From: Antedon mediterranea
Lineage: Eukaryota; Animalia; Echinodermata
Direction: 5' to 3'
DNA length: 64,000 nt
Assembly: GCF_964355755.1 (NCBI RefSeq)
Contig: NC_092680.1
Coordinates: forward strand, 14,703,045-14,767,044
Of the stretch, positions 11,697 through 24,789 are shown piece after piece. The position numbers were made by a program, and so were the translations under genes. The notes beneath the pieces were generated by a model. The model did not search any database and was not told the DNA's origin. It was given only the letters and a program-made list of their open reading frames with translations. The stretch's first letter is position 1. Each line of letters starts with the position of its first letter.

Positions 11697-13428
11697 TGTC
11701 ACGATAAATATGGTCCGGGGCCAAATCGGTCCGGCCGGATCAGTTTTGGCTCTAAAAGTGAATGGGTATGAGACGCTGATATTGCCAGCTAGATTTTATT
11801 TATTGGGCCTTTTTTCTTCCTCAGCCTATATTGGATAGTTGTTTTATAATAATTGTATTGAATTTATATTGATTGATTAACCATAAATAATTAATAAATT
11901 AAATTGTTTTTAACATCATGGGGATCAACGAAGATGTTAAAAAAGAAAAATGGAAAACAGGCAGAGATACATTGTATACAATAAGCAATTAGTACTGATG
12001 AGTTACTAAAAAAAAAACAGGCTTAATTTATAATATTAAAATAACAAATAAAACCCCGGGTGTCACGAAACCTAAGACCACAGAAGCTAAGACCCCCTAA
12101 GACCTAAGATCACGAAAGCTAAGACCCAAGACCTAAGATTACAAATATTTATCTTTCGCACCTGCCTTGTATTTTAACTCCCAACATTTATTCTGAATAC
12201 CACACCTTAGAATTGGCAGTTTTATGAAAAAGAATCACATAAAAAAGTAACAAATACATTTTTAAATTGATAATTTTACAGACGTTTTTCTCGCACACAA
12301 ACTGTTTGCGAATTTTGCATGACTAGCCTACAGTACAGTAGCAGTAGGCCTACACCATGTTCAATGTTTTTGTTTCTATGGAACGTCAAAAAAGCAAAAA
12401 TTATATAGAGGGCTGAAAACTCTGTGGAGTCCATCTACAGTGTGGATGGAACAATGTAAAATTAAAATTGTAATGATAATAGTATAATCATGCAAGTACG
12501 AAGAAATAAATACTGGCAAATAAATTGTAATTTAAAAATCATGATTTGTTTCGTTTTCTTTCTGTTTTTATACTTACTTACTTGTACTATTATTGTTGCT
12601 CTTTTGGCGCTCCATAGAAACAAAAACATTGAGCATGGGGGAAGCTCGAGGAGTTACAGTATACAAAGAAACATGTCTGTAAAATCATCAATTTAAAGGA
12701 TTTATTTATTTGTTTTTATGTGTTTCTCCGTCTCAAAGTACTTATAAATCCTAATTTTAATGTGTAGTATTCAGGATTCAACAAATTTGGAGTCAAAATA
12801 CAAGAAAGGCAGGTGCGTAAGAAAAAAATCCTCTGAACCAACACAATGGAGTAAATATATACCAACAAACAAACCGTCAAGTTTGTTTGTTGTAAAGAAA
12901 AAAATATACATTTACTCAAAGGGCGAAAAGAATGTGAGTTTATCTATGTTTTGCGGTAGTATTTAATTATATTTATGGTAATAAATGAAACCTACTGTGT
13001 TTAAAATTATGTATGGATAAACAAGTATTGTTTTTAAGCTGTAGTATATCTTAGAATTTGTAATCTTAGGTCTTGGGTCTTAGCTTTCGTGATCTTAGGT
13101 CTTAGGGGGTCTTAGCTTTCGTGGTCTTAGGTTTCGTGACACCCATAAAACCCCGTAGTTTTCAATATAATGACTAATCATGGCCTTTTTTTAATGATAC
13201 ATTATGACTCATTTTGCGCACCATATATTTGTAAGACCGGACAATATGTGGCGGCCAAAAACAGTTCTACTGCCCGGACCGATTTTATCCAGGCCGGACC
13301 AGTTTTGGTGGCTAAAATTGATCCGGCCGGACAGGTTTTGGCAGCCATAAATGGTCCCAGGACTGATTTTGCCAGCCAAAACTGGTCCACCGGACCGATT
13401 TTTGGCCCTGACTGATTTTGGTGTGACA
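11697..13428. mobile_element. Non-autonomous TGT...ACA DNA transposon (Ginger-like) with 4-bp TSD
   Basis: gtcc|tgtcac ... gtgaca|gtcc; subterminal ccggccggac/ttttggc repeats at both ends. Confidence 0.75.
12058..13144. mobile_element. MULE-type non-autonomous element nested in the Ginger-like element
   Basis: About 90-bp TIRs gggtgtcacgaaacctaagacc.. / ..ggtcttaggtttcgtgacaccc; 10-bp TSD ataaaacccc at 12048-12057 and 13145-13154. Confidence 0.88.
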
Positions 13429-13679
13429 GTCCCTCCATCGTCATAACTACAAACTCTTCAGTAAACTAAGGGCGAAACTTGATCTGGTGGTCAGACCAAT
13501 ATTCAATGCCTGATTTCTCATTGACCGATTGTGCCTCTACTACATGACTGGGTAATTCTAATCATCTACAACTCTTAATGAATAGGCACTCTTTCTAAAG
13601 TTTAATTTTATCTTGGGTTTAGAGACCTAATTGAAACTGTGTCCTCGAGTTTGTTTTTCATAGATTTTACAAAGAGCTT

Positions 13680-13800
13680 TGTAGTGTATTGACCACATAC
13701 ATCATACTGTAAATAGTTAGGCCGCCCTCTGTTGTTCATTAAAGAAATCTCTCTCTATAAAATGGATACTGGGCATGAGTCATGTGTATGATACATCACA
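13680..13800 (+). mobile_element. Short 5' LTR of a Mag-type Gypsy, followed by PBS tggcgacgag (13803-13812, tRNA-Ser-like)
   Basis: tgtagtgtat...atacatcaca terminal inverted repeat; PBS 2 nt downstream. Confidence 0.75.
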
Positions 13801-13893
13801 ATTGGCGACGAGAATATAACGGAAAGCGCGTCAATAAGAAGATTAATCTGTGAGTAAGAATATTCAATAGTTAATATTCTACAATCTGCTAAG

Positions 13894-15390
13894 ATGAGTA
13901 CTATAATTGGTAGACAGCGTGTACCTACGTTACTCAGCTTGATAGGGCCTAAGACTTACGGTCTTCTGAAGAACTTAGTGGCTCCTGATTTACCATCAAC
14001 CAAAACATTTCCGGAACTTGTGGATTCGTTGGAAAGGCATCTGAGTCCTAAACCTCTAGTTATAGCTGAAAGATTCAGGTTTCACAAATGTGAGCAGCAT
14101 GAAGGTGAAACAATCCAGGCCTATTTAGCGGATTTACGACGCCTCACCAAACACTGTGAATTTGGAGCACAGCTAAATGACGCCCTGCGGGATCGTCTTG
14201 TTTGCGGAATTAGGTCAGGCAGTATACAAAAAAAACTGTTGGCTGAGACAAAGCTTACATTAGCGAAAGCGCTACAAATGGCAGTTGCTATGGAAACTGC
14301 AACGAAGGATGCTTCGCTACTACAACAACAGCTTAAAGAAGAACCACAGAGTACTGTGAACAAGATAAACGTGAAACACTATAATAAGCAGCAATTATGT
14401 TATCGCTGCAACAAGGGTGGTCATAAGGCAAACGACTGCCGGTACAAAGAAGTTGAGTGCCATAACTGTAAAAAGAAGGGACATATCAAGGCTGCATGCC
14501 GGAGTAAATCAAAACAAACACCACACCAAACTAAGAAGGGTAAGCGAGTGAATGTTGTTGATGAAGAAGAAGACAACCTTCTAGCCATGGTGTATGTTAA
14601 TAATGTAGACGTTGGGAAATCAGTGAAGATAAAACCAACGATAGATAATATCCCATTGGACATGATAGTGGATACTGGCAGTGCACTCTCGTTGATTTCG
14701 ACAGAAGATTTTGAGAAATATTTTAGGAATACAGACTTGTTGCCGACCAAAGTTCAACTTAGAACTTATACTGGAGAAGAAGTAAAGACAAAAGGGTATT
14801 TGAAGGCCAAAGTAGAATACAACGGACAGAAACACGATGGAAAACTATATGTAGTAGAAAGAGGTGGACCCCCGTTGTTTGGTCGTCAGTGGTTGACACA
14901 TATCAAGTTAGACTGGGCCAGCATCTTCACAGTGAAGGCTGACCACAACAAAGCTGATGTACCAGCAATACTGAATAAATTTCCAAAACTCTTTAACAAA
15001 ATTGGAAAGGTGAATGGGGTAAAAGGTAAACTTACCTTACAGGATGGAGCACAACCAGTTTTTATTAAGGCAAGGAATGTACCATATGCACTTCGACCTG
15101 CAGTTGAAGCCGAATTAAGGAACCTCGAGAGTCAGGGAATCATCACCCTGAATCAAACTAGTGATTGGGCAACCCCAATAGTGCCTGTACCAAAAAGTAA
15201 TGGAGATGTCAGGTTGTGTGGAGACTACAAAGTTACAGTAAATCCAAAGTTAAAAGTGGACTGCTACCCTCTTCCAAGAATCGAGGATGTTTTCGCAACC
15301 TTAGCGGGTGGACAGAAGTTCACCAAACTAGATTTGAAACAAGCATATTTACATTTAGAGATGGAAGAAGAATCCAGAAACATGCTGACC
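13894..15390 (+). mobile_element. Ty3/Gypsy (Mag/K02A2.6-like) gag-protease-RT ORF, truncated within RT
   Basis: Two CCHC knuckles (CYRCNKGGHKANDC, CHNCKKKGHIKAAC), protease VDTGS, RT start WATPIVPVPK..RLCGDYK..LDLKQAY. The last ~30 aa of the 529-aa ORF come from a SINE. Confidence 0.95.
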
Positions 15391-15572
15391 CCCATAATGC
15401 AGCCGGTAACCAGCGCAAAGTTGTGTCTAGATCTAACTGGGTACCCATTTATACACCTGGGTGGAGAGAGGCAACGTAAGTAAAGTATCTTGCCTACGGA
15501 TACAAGCAATGCAGCGAGAGTTGGATTCGAACCTAGGTCTGACGATCGGTAGTCCAACGTCCAACACACGCC
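15386..15572 (-). mobile_element. tRNA-derived SINE
   Basis: Minus strand: B box ggttcgaatcc, then conserved core tgcctctctccacccaggtgtataaatgggtacc. Confidence 0.85.
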
Positions 15573-15639
15573 CTATATATTGATAAAAAACATAACAGAA
15601 ACTGTTTTAAAGACATTTTGCGCAGGAAGCACTGTACCC

Positions 15640-17040
15640 AAGTGGAGGTAATTTGTTAACTTATACAAGACAAACAATTAAAATTGTTGGGGAATTTAAT
15701 GCATTGGTTAAGTATAAGTAAAAAATGGCTACAGCAAAGTTTTTAGTAGTAGACCAAGAGTGTTCTATTTTAGGAAAAGATTTGATTCAAAGGCTAGCGT
15801 GAACAATTGATGGGTTGACTATGTCATGTTTGACAATGAAAGTTGAGAACTGTGAGGGTGAGGATACCAATATGGGTTGGGTAAAAAATAAGTTTCCCCA
15901 TCTATTTGGTTCTGATCTGGGACACATAAAGGGTTTTGAGCATACAGTTAAGGTTATGGTACCTGTGCAGCAAGCACTGAGTAGACTGCCTGGCAGTTCA
16001 GGACAAAGTTACTAATGAGTTAAATAGGTTGGAGAAGGAAGGAGTTATTGAAAGGGTTAAGGGAGCAACCGATTGGGTGTCTCCATTATTAGTTGTTTGG
16101 AAGAAAAATGGTGGAATACAACTTAGTGGATTTGAGAAAAGTAAATGAATCCATAATAATTGAAAAACACCCTTTACCAAAAATTGATGAATTATTAGAG
16201 CTCTGTCAGCTCCAGGTGGTAAATTGTTTAGCAAATTAAATTTGAAGTCTGCATATCACCAGTTAAATTTACATGAATAGTAGAGACCTTACAACGTTTG
16301 TATCCCACTGGGGTTTGTACAGATTTAAAAAGGTGTGCTTTGGGTTGGCTTCTGCTCCTACCACATTTCAACAATTAATGTCAATAATAATGCAAGAAAT
16401 TCCTAATATTGGGTACTTTATTGATGATATTTTTGTTTTTGGCAGGACTAAATCAGACCATGATACAGTAGCTCTAAAGGCAGTACTAAACAGGCTTCAA
16501 GAGTATGGAATGCAAGTGTGAGTTTGGAGTGTCGACTAGCGTTACAATTTTGGGCCATGTATTAGATTCAGAGGGGCTTCACCCAAACCCAGAATTAGTT
16601 GAAGCAATAACATGAGCTCTGGTTCCAGAAAATAAAGAGCAATCCTTTCTGGGGTTAGCCGCATACAATTCCAAATTTATCAAGAATTATGCAACTCTTG
16701 TACAGCCACTAAGGGATATTCAATAAGGGGAGGAATTCGAGTGAACACCGGTACACACCCAGCTAATCAAAGGGAAGGAAGTAAATAGCTTTCACATTAA
16801 AGGAAGTTAACATGTGCAGAAAGAAAATATTCTACAGGCGAACGTGAAGCCTTGGCATGCGTGTACTCAATTGAGAAATTTCATACGTACCTATGGGGTA
16901 GACATTTTATACTACGAACAGATCACAAAGCACTGACAACACTGAATGGCCACAGACCTATGCGTATAGCTAGATGGGGTGCAAGACTGCTAAATTATAA
17001 CTACACCGTTGAATACAAACCAGGCTCTGATAATGCAAAC
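15640..17040 (+). mobile_element. Degenerate Gypsy pol (RT + RNase H)
   Basis: WVSPLLVV, GLYRFKKVCFGLASAP, YFIDDI, YSTGEREALAC, LRTDHKAL, VEYKPG, with many stops. Confidence 0.9.
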
Positions 17041-17059
17041 GTACATTTGACCATCACTT

Positions 17060-17775
17060 TTTAGGTCAAACTTGTTCAAGTTCAATAAACGAAACCAAGG
17101 AGAAACCATAGCTCAGTATGACATAATGTCTCGTGAACAAATCAAAATGTCCAGCATGAGGAAAAAAGTGTGCTACATGTGGCAATGTAACCATTTCAAA
17201 ACCTCACAAGTGTGTGTGAAGAATTTAATTTCACTACACAAGATGACTCTGATTCTGCTGAATCCGTCAGCTGTAATATGTTGGTACACAATGTGAAAGT
17301 GCAGTCAGGTCGACTCTGGTGCTACGGTTAATTTGCTACCAAAAAGTTATCTGATAGCAACTGATACTATTCGCAAGGAGAAAGTAACATTGCAACCCGC
17401 ACTAGGAAAATGTAGACTAATCGTAAGAAACCCTGCTAACAACAAAAAATACAAGATAGATTTCACCATTGTTGATGATTCTTTTGTTCCAATTCTTGCT
17501 GCAGAAAAAATGGGACTAATAACTGTTGATTACAATTCAACGGATGTTGCACACGTGTTGAAAGTAAACACCGATGACAACATCTTTGCCGAGTTTCCTC
17601 AGGTGTTTGATTCTAGAAAAGTTGGTTGCCTACCAGGTGAATCAGCCATTTCAGAAGGTGCTAGACCTGTGGTCAGACCAGCGAGAACACTTCCAGAAGC
17701 AATCAAATGTTCAGGGAAGGCAGAGCTTGATGATATGGAATCCCGTGGCATCATTGTAAAGATTAGTAAGCCTAC
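17060..17775 (+). mobile_element. Degenerate Gypsy gag/protease/RT-start fragment (separate copy)
   Basis: LFKFNKRNQGETIAQY, DSGATVNLLP, EFPQVF, PVVRPARTLP..ELDDMESRGII. Confidence 0.8.
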
Positions 17776-19310
17776 TGTCGGAGACTGAATTTATTTGATT
17801 GTCCAGACCTACTTTACTGAGGGATGAAATTTTATTTTAATGTTATATGCCTAGTATGTTTTACAGTTTCTCCGCGGATGTTTATTTTAATAGTGTCATA
17901 GTAATTAGGCTAGCGCATTCCTTTTACCAAGCGGGAGATTCAGACCCTGCCTTGAGAGAGACAAGACGTGTCTGGCAGAGACCCTGGTTATTGAATATTT
18001 TATGAGCATATAACTTATTGTAATTTTAATTTTAAACGCAAACCTTTAACCTGATATAAGTGTCTAGAAGGGTCATCGTAAGGAAAACTGCACTGGTCAA
18101 TATAAATGCCTTCATTGCAAACAGACCGGACACTTTAAGAAAGATTGCCGACAATTGAGTACAGTCACCACAGACGTACAAAAAACAGTTGTAGACGGTC
18201 TAGAAATTGAAATGGGCATTATTGCTAGCGTAGAAGAACACGAGAGCGAGCTTGTAGCAAACAGTCCTTCTGCTACCATAACCCTTGCAGGCATTGAGTT
18301 GGGATGTATACTGAATACTAGGGCTATAACCTCCTTGATTTCAGCTTCAGTATACGAGACTAAACTGAAACCAAGACTTGGCAATTTGGCACCTGAAGTG
18401 ACATATCTACAATGGAGAACCTGTAGATATTCAAGGCTATGTGGAGCTTCTGATGAAATATTGCGAGAACAAGCTCAGTGCGAGTTTCTTAGTGTCCAAA
18501 GATGGTTCAAGTAAGAGAGGAGTCAAGATCATCCTGTCCTACTCGGCTGTTAATATCCTGAGGAAATTGTCTGTTCTTAATGTTCCGCAAAAGGACAACT
18601 TTGCCTGGAGGTTTGTCAGAAGTTTGATGTTAGAGAAGAGTGACGGCAAGGTTGAGACACCTATGCCTATGGTATAGCCGAGCTGAGATTGTCTGAAAAT
18701 GTTACCGTCCCAGCATGCAGTGTCAGAAGGATCTGTTGTCAAGAAGCAATCTTTAGGGTAATGTGTTGGCGAGTCCAGTTCAGGGAAACCAACGTGTAGA
18801 ATTATTAGAAGGTTGTGGGGCAATCAAGAATGGGATTCTTGGGGTGATGTTGGCCAACTCTGAAAACCAACCCATCAAGTTGAAAAAGGATGTTGTGGTA
18901 GAAGTGTCAGCAGTCAATGAGAAGCAGGAAGCTAAGCTAGTGCAGGTAGCTGATGGTTTGGAGGTCCGAGTGGGAGAAGTATTAGTAACACCCGGATTTG
19001 GTGTATCCAGGGTTCTGAAGAGCGAAGGACGAAGAGTGTAAAGAGATAGCTCCTGGGTTTGAGTTTTAGCCATTTGGGGGAAAAAAAACTATATAAAGTT
19101 GTGCAGTGCATCAAGAAACATCCAAGCGCATTTTGGACTGGCTCATTTGATGTTGGTAAAAGTAAACCTTGTTCCCTATTCTATTACCCTAACATCAAAG
19201 AAGATTATTCGAGAGTCATTTCGGCAAATACACCCGCACAAAATTCCAGAAATCAAGAAGATTTAAGAGATGCTAGACCAACAAATTATTCGATTGTCGA
19301 AAAGTGCCTA
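17776..19310 (+). mobile_element. Degenerate Gypsy fragment related to the 21071-24030 element
   Basis: CLHCKQTGHFKKDC, LVANSPSATITLAGIELGCI, FAWRFVRSL, ADGLEVRVGEV run parallel to 22350-23620. Confidence 0.85.
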
Positions 19311-19885
19311 CGCACTTGTAACATTAGAAAGTGCGTGCGTAAACGGTGTTTGAAATTTTAAAATGCTCCAAATCAATTTCTGATTAAATTAGAGCACGAT
19401 TCAGGTCATTTTAAGCATTTGAAAAATTACCACCAGGTGCGCACATTTTTACGCGCGCACGGCGCATGGAACACGTATGAGAATTTCTTTGGCACGATTT
19501 GTGTTTACCAAACTTTGGTTAACAATTTTACGTTATGTTATTCACTATTCAACTTGAAATGGCGTTCTACAAGCATGTTAAACATGACTGGTTGCGCACG
19601 TAAAACGTAAAAAAATTTTGAAAATGTTGCAAAATATGTCTACTTTTAAAAACGATACAGTTCATCAAAATGCAAGGTTACCCCTATTTTTTATTTTCTT
19701 TTCTTGCAGTGTATAAATCATAGGTCTGATTTTATTATATTGTTGAATGTCAAAATGTGTTTGATGGCTACATTATTTGACCATTAAATATAATTTTTGA
19801 AATATTTATCATCAAATAAACAATAACATTTTCAAAGAGCAAAACAATAAACATAACGTTTATCTTTTTTTCTTCACATGTTAAT

Positions 19886-20250
19886 GGGTTCACGACATAC
19901 CGAAAGAACGAGGAATCTTTCTTCGGATTTTCTTCGGCAGGTGCTCATATGGCTCGATGTGTAGTGCAACCGACTTTGGTATCAGAGGTACCGGGATCGA
20001 ATCTCATCACCAACAAATTTTAAAAGTCAGTTACAATTGATTAATAGTGTATTTTTGAATGTGCTATTTTTTAGATGTCATCATAGTAAAAATTACGATT
20101 GAATTCGGTAGCTAATAATCTATCTATATCAAGGGGTTCACGACATAGCGAGTAATCTTTATTCATTTTGTCAATGAGTGCTCATATGGCTAGATGTATA
20201 GTGCAAACGACTTTGCTATACGCGGTACCGGGATCGAATCCCATCACGAG
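19886..20250 (+). repeat. Two tandem tRNA-like (SINE-head) units
   Basis: gtgctcatatggct.gatgt.tagtgcaa.cgacttt...ggtaccgggatcgaatc.catcac at 19941-20012 and 20178-20250, each preceded by gggttcacgacata. Confidence 0.7.
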
Positions 20251-21070
20251 AAACAAAATTAAATAAAGCAGTTTATTTAGTTATTACACTTATAGGACAG
20301 TTTAATTTTGAATGAGCTAATTTTTTGAAAAATCATAAATAATTTATTGTTAAATCTTTATTATGTTGCGATCGTTGTTTATGTTTTTGTTGCTTATTTG
20401 AATGTATTTTTATAGTTTATTATGTTTAGATTCAACCTGTTAGTGGCGGTTTCATCGCTGTTGGTTGTCAACTGAATAAAAGAAAAGAAAGAAAAAAAAA
20501 GTACTTTTGTTATGTTTTCCACACCAGATGGAGAAGGTTATTCGCAACATTTGAAAATAATGTAACCTAACTATTATTTTTTATCATAACATGTGATATA
20601 ACATTAAGGCCATTTCGAAATATTCTAATCAAAATTTAATTTGAATTGCCTCATGATAGCTATAATAAATTGGAATCACCTTGGCTTGTAATGAGTCTAG
20701 ACCTTTGCTATAAACATGATCAATTAATGTATTGTTTTCCGTAGTATATTAAAGTTGAGTTACATGTGCAAGAAAAGAAAAAACTCATAAACCAGCTAGT
20801 AGAAAAAAATAGTGAAAATACTGATTTACAAGATCAGGTAGTGCAACTTCAAGACAAGTTACAGGATTTGGAAGACCAGCTTCAGTGAAACTCTGAAGAC
20901 ATTTTATTTTATTTTTTTATTTTGTTGAGAATGATTCTATTCAATTTATTCATATTTTACACCTAAATAATTATTTTGACTGGAACTACTTTATTATTAT
21001 ATAGAATGTTTGCTTTTGTGATTTTGCACGTATGCGCATTAATATTTAGATAGCGTCGATGTTATAAGGT

Positions 21071-24030
21071 TGTAGGGCGAGCAATTACCTCGTGGGCAGT
21101 TGACATAAAAGCTCGAGGAGGATAAGCTGTGTTAAAGAGTTTCAAGATTGTTAGTTTGTTATTTTTTGCGAAGAAAACCACTTTAATTATGGTTGGTGTT
21201 ACTGACAATTGCTGACTGCAGTAAATCGAGCTGATTTGAGAGCAACTCGTTTTTAATTGTAACTATACTAAGCTGTGTTAAGTGTTACAGGAGGGCATTG
21301 CAGGGGTTTTTGTGTGTTGTATTCTGTTTAATGATTCGATTTACGGTCCAGTTATAATAAACGTCTTACAACGTAAATACAGAACAGAGTACGAGGTTCA
21401 TTCTTTTGTTCTTTGTGTGTGGCCCACGACATTTTGGTGGCAGCGGTGGGATGAGACTGAATCTATAGACAGAACTGAATTCTAAGAGGAAGCGCGACGA
21501 GTGACAATCTGGTGCTGCAAGTTGGTGTGGTACAGAGACTGATTCAGCTTCAACAGAATACCAGACCCCTGGATGATGATGGAAGATTTTATTGATTGTT
21601 TTTCATTGATGCTTGATTTACATGCTTTTTGTATTGAGATTTTTTTTATCACTGTATTTTTTAATTGCTTGTGCATAATTTCTTCTCCCAACATAGTATA
21701 GCAATGGCAGAGGCAAACGAAATGATACTGGCGCTGACGGCTGCCTTACAAGGTCTGACAACTCAATGTGGACCGCCTCCAGTGAAGTTAAACAAATTCA
21801 AGGGTCTTCCGGTAGCTGCTGGAGATCCATCTTTGAAAGAGTGGTTGGACGACTTCAACAGTTATGCAGGGCATTATAACCTGACTGGCGAGGCTAAAGC
21901 TAATTCTCTCTTAGCTCATCTTGGTGGAGCAGCCAAGGAAGAGATTATGTGTCACGAGGAGGACGCTATTAGGAAGGATTATGATCTTGCTGTTAGCAAG
22001 TGAGAGGTGCTTTTTGTTCCGGTGAGTACAGTTCAGTCACTTGGTAGAACGTATCAAGTGGAGCGAGGGAACCATGGATGCAAAGAGAATTGCGACGCAT
22101 TGAGATGGCTCACAAAGGGAAAAGCTTCCAGAAAATGAGAGAAGAAGCATTAGAATTCTTTCAACACCAAGAGACGGCAAAACGCAGAGTGCAGGTACAT
22201 GAGGTGGTAAGAGATCCAAGCCGTGGAGAAATAGAGGCTCTGAAAGTCAAGTTGCAGGCTATGCGAGCTCGGTTAGATAGACAAGCGGCAAATGATCGAA
22301 GCGGATACGAGAAGACCAATAGGAAGCCCTTTACATGTTATAAGTCCTTAGAAACCGGCCATAGAAAAGAGAATTGTACAGGTTCGTTCAAGTGCCTACA
22401 TTGCAAGCAAGAAGGCCATTTCCAGAAAGATTGCCCTGTTCTAGCAGCAGCAAGTGGAAATCCAGCAAGTGGAAATCCAGCAGAAGGAATTCCTGGAGTT
22501 CCGGTCAGCAGTGTCCATGGAGACGACTCGCAACAGGTTTCGGGATTAGTAGCTAACAGCCCGACAGCAAAAATATCTTTAGCTGGTGTTGAACTAGGCT
22601 GCGTAATCGATACTGGAGCGGAGACTTCGCTGATCCCTGTCGATGTGTACGATAGAATGATTAAGGATAAAGCTGGAGGTAAAGTGCCTGAAGTTACTTA
22701 CCTAAATATATATGGTGCAAATGGAGAGCCTGTTGAGATTCAAGGGTATGTTGAGTTGCCGATGAAGTACGGGACAGCAGAGTTGATGGGGAGTTTCTTG
22801 ATCACCAAACGCTGTGCAGGTATGCGAGGAGAGCAATATCCAGTATTGTTAGGCTGTAAGCTGAGTGTTCCTCACCAAGATAGCTTTGCATGGAATTTTG
22901 TTCGAAGTTTGCTAAGTTCTTCTGAATCTGAACACCCTGAACCAGTGCAACAAGAAGTTCAAGTAGGACGGTTACAAGTAGTGGCTAAGGTGACGCTTCC
23001 TGCTCATAGCATTCGCAGAGTAACTTGTCAAGTGCAGAATGTGACTGTACTGTGTTGGTAAGCCCTATGGATTCTGAGAATTCGGTTAAAGTGGTAGAAG
23101 GATGCGATGCGGTTAAAGATGGTGTTGTTCGAGTAATGATAGAAAACCCTGAAGATAGACAAATTAAGTTGCAGAAAGAACGCATAATCGGTATGGTGTC
23201 TTCAGTGAACAGCGAGGAAAGGGTAGATCTAGTGGAAGTAGCAGATGGACTGCAAGTGCATGTGGGAGAGGTGATGGTGTCTCAAGATCACAGAGTATCG
23301 CCTGTACCATCCGCTCAAGCTAATATTATGGTGAGTGAGGGGGTAGCTCCAGGTCTCAATTTGGACCATTTAGAAGAAGAAATCAAAATTAAAGTCACCA
23401 ATTGCATCAACAAATATCCCACGGTCTTTTCTACAGGAGTCTATGACGTAGGTAGATGCGATCTAATCCCACACTCTATCAAACTAACTACAGATAAATC
23501 GGTACAACAACCTTTCAGACGCATTCATCCGCAGAAAATCCCAGAGGTCAAAGCGATGTTAAATGAGATGGTTAAACAAGAGATTATTCGTCCATCCAAG
23601 AGTTCATATGCTAGCCCGATAGTGCTTGTTACAAAGAAGGATGGGACGCTTCGTCTGTGTATATAGATTACAGAAAGATTAATGCAGTTACTGTAAAAGA
23701 TTCATTTCCGCTTCCAAGAATTGACGAAGTTCTAAATATACTGGGAGGAGCAAAGTACTGGCTCATGGTTATTATCAAGTTACAATGGGACGGCTTTCCG
23801 TGTACCTTGGGGCTTATACGAATTTCTGAGAATGCCACAAGGACTAAGTAACTCTGCCAATACGTTTCAAAGACTAATGGTTTTTATATTTGCAGACATG
23901 AATCTAAATGACCTCGTGTTATATCTTGACGATATATTGATATTTTCCGCTACATTAGAAGAACATATGGCTAGATTGGAGAAGGTGTTAACAAGGCTGT
24001 CAGAACATGGATTGTGTGTGGCCCACGACA
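21071..24030 (+). mobile_element. Gypsy element: 5' LTR (ends 21431; start uncertain), PBS-Leu, degenerate gag-pro-RT, internally deleted
   Basis: PBS tggtggcagcggtgggat 21435-21452; gag from 21704; CLHCKQEGHFQKDC; IDTGA; YASPIVLV; YLDDIL; LTR 3' end tgtgtgtggcccacgaca repeated at 24013-24030. Confidence 0.92.
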
Positions 24031-24247
24031 TTAGACTGTAATGTGCCGACGGAACACATCCCCGACTAATGACAAAAATGGCTAAAAACTATGGGACATC
24101 AATTGTCAATGTTCCCCATCCTGTAACGGTGCAAGGAATGGCTCGGGAAGGTGTTATTTCCGATTATCAAACAGCTAATTTTATATTGAACAATGAAAAC
24201 TTAACACTTGGCTTCGATGCCACAACGCAAGAAGGGGTACACATTAA

Positions 24248-24748
24248 AGACCCCTTCCCTGCAATTTTGGACGTTTTTTTAAAATTAATACATATATATC
24301 ACTTTAAAAACATTAAACCATGTCATTCCTTGTCTTAAATGTACGTTTTATGGTAAATTATGATAAAAAGTGAGAAACAATGCACTACCTAAGTAGCTCG
24401 CGGCGACCGACCTCTCGTGGACGGTCTATTTTTGCCAGACTCCGTTGATACAAATTGGGGAAAACCCGGTATTTTCGCTGAAAAGTTAGGAGTCTTCCAT
24501 TTGTTTTGGCTTCACGATCGATCGAAAAGTGGGCGAATTACAGGTGAAAAACAAAAATATCAATCCGCGCGTAATGCATTTTGGGATTTATAGCGGGCCG
24601 CTATAATTATTAGAATCAATTTATTTTTCACATTTTTAACCGTTTAAAGACGAAAAAAGTTATCGCAATAGGACCATATAGTATTATTTTTACATTAAAT
24701 ATAGTTTGTGATCTTAAATTAGATCTAAAAAACGTAGGGAATTGGGCT
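24248..24748. mobile_element. TTAA-targeting MITE (Kolobok-type)
   Basis: TTAA at 24244-24247 and 24749-24752; termini agaccccttccct / agggaattgggct; removal restores the frame GVHINSIHVT. Confidence 0.85.
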
Positions 24749-24789
24749 TTAATTCAATACATGTGACATCAAAAACAGACTGCTATAAT

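Noticed and set aside
15500-15572. tRNA gene
   Set aside because: SINE head attached to a SINE core; no complete cloverleaf. The same applies to 39890-39985.
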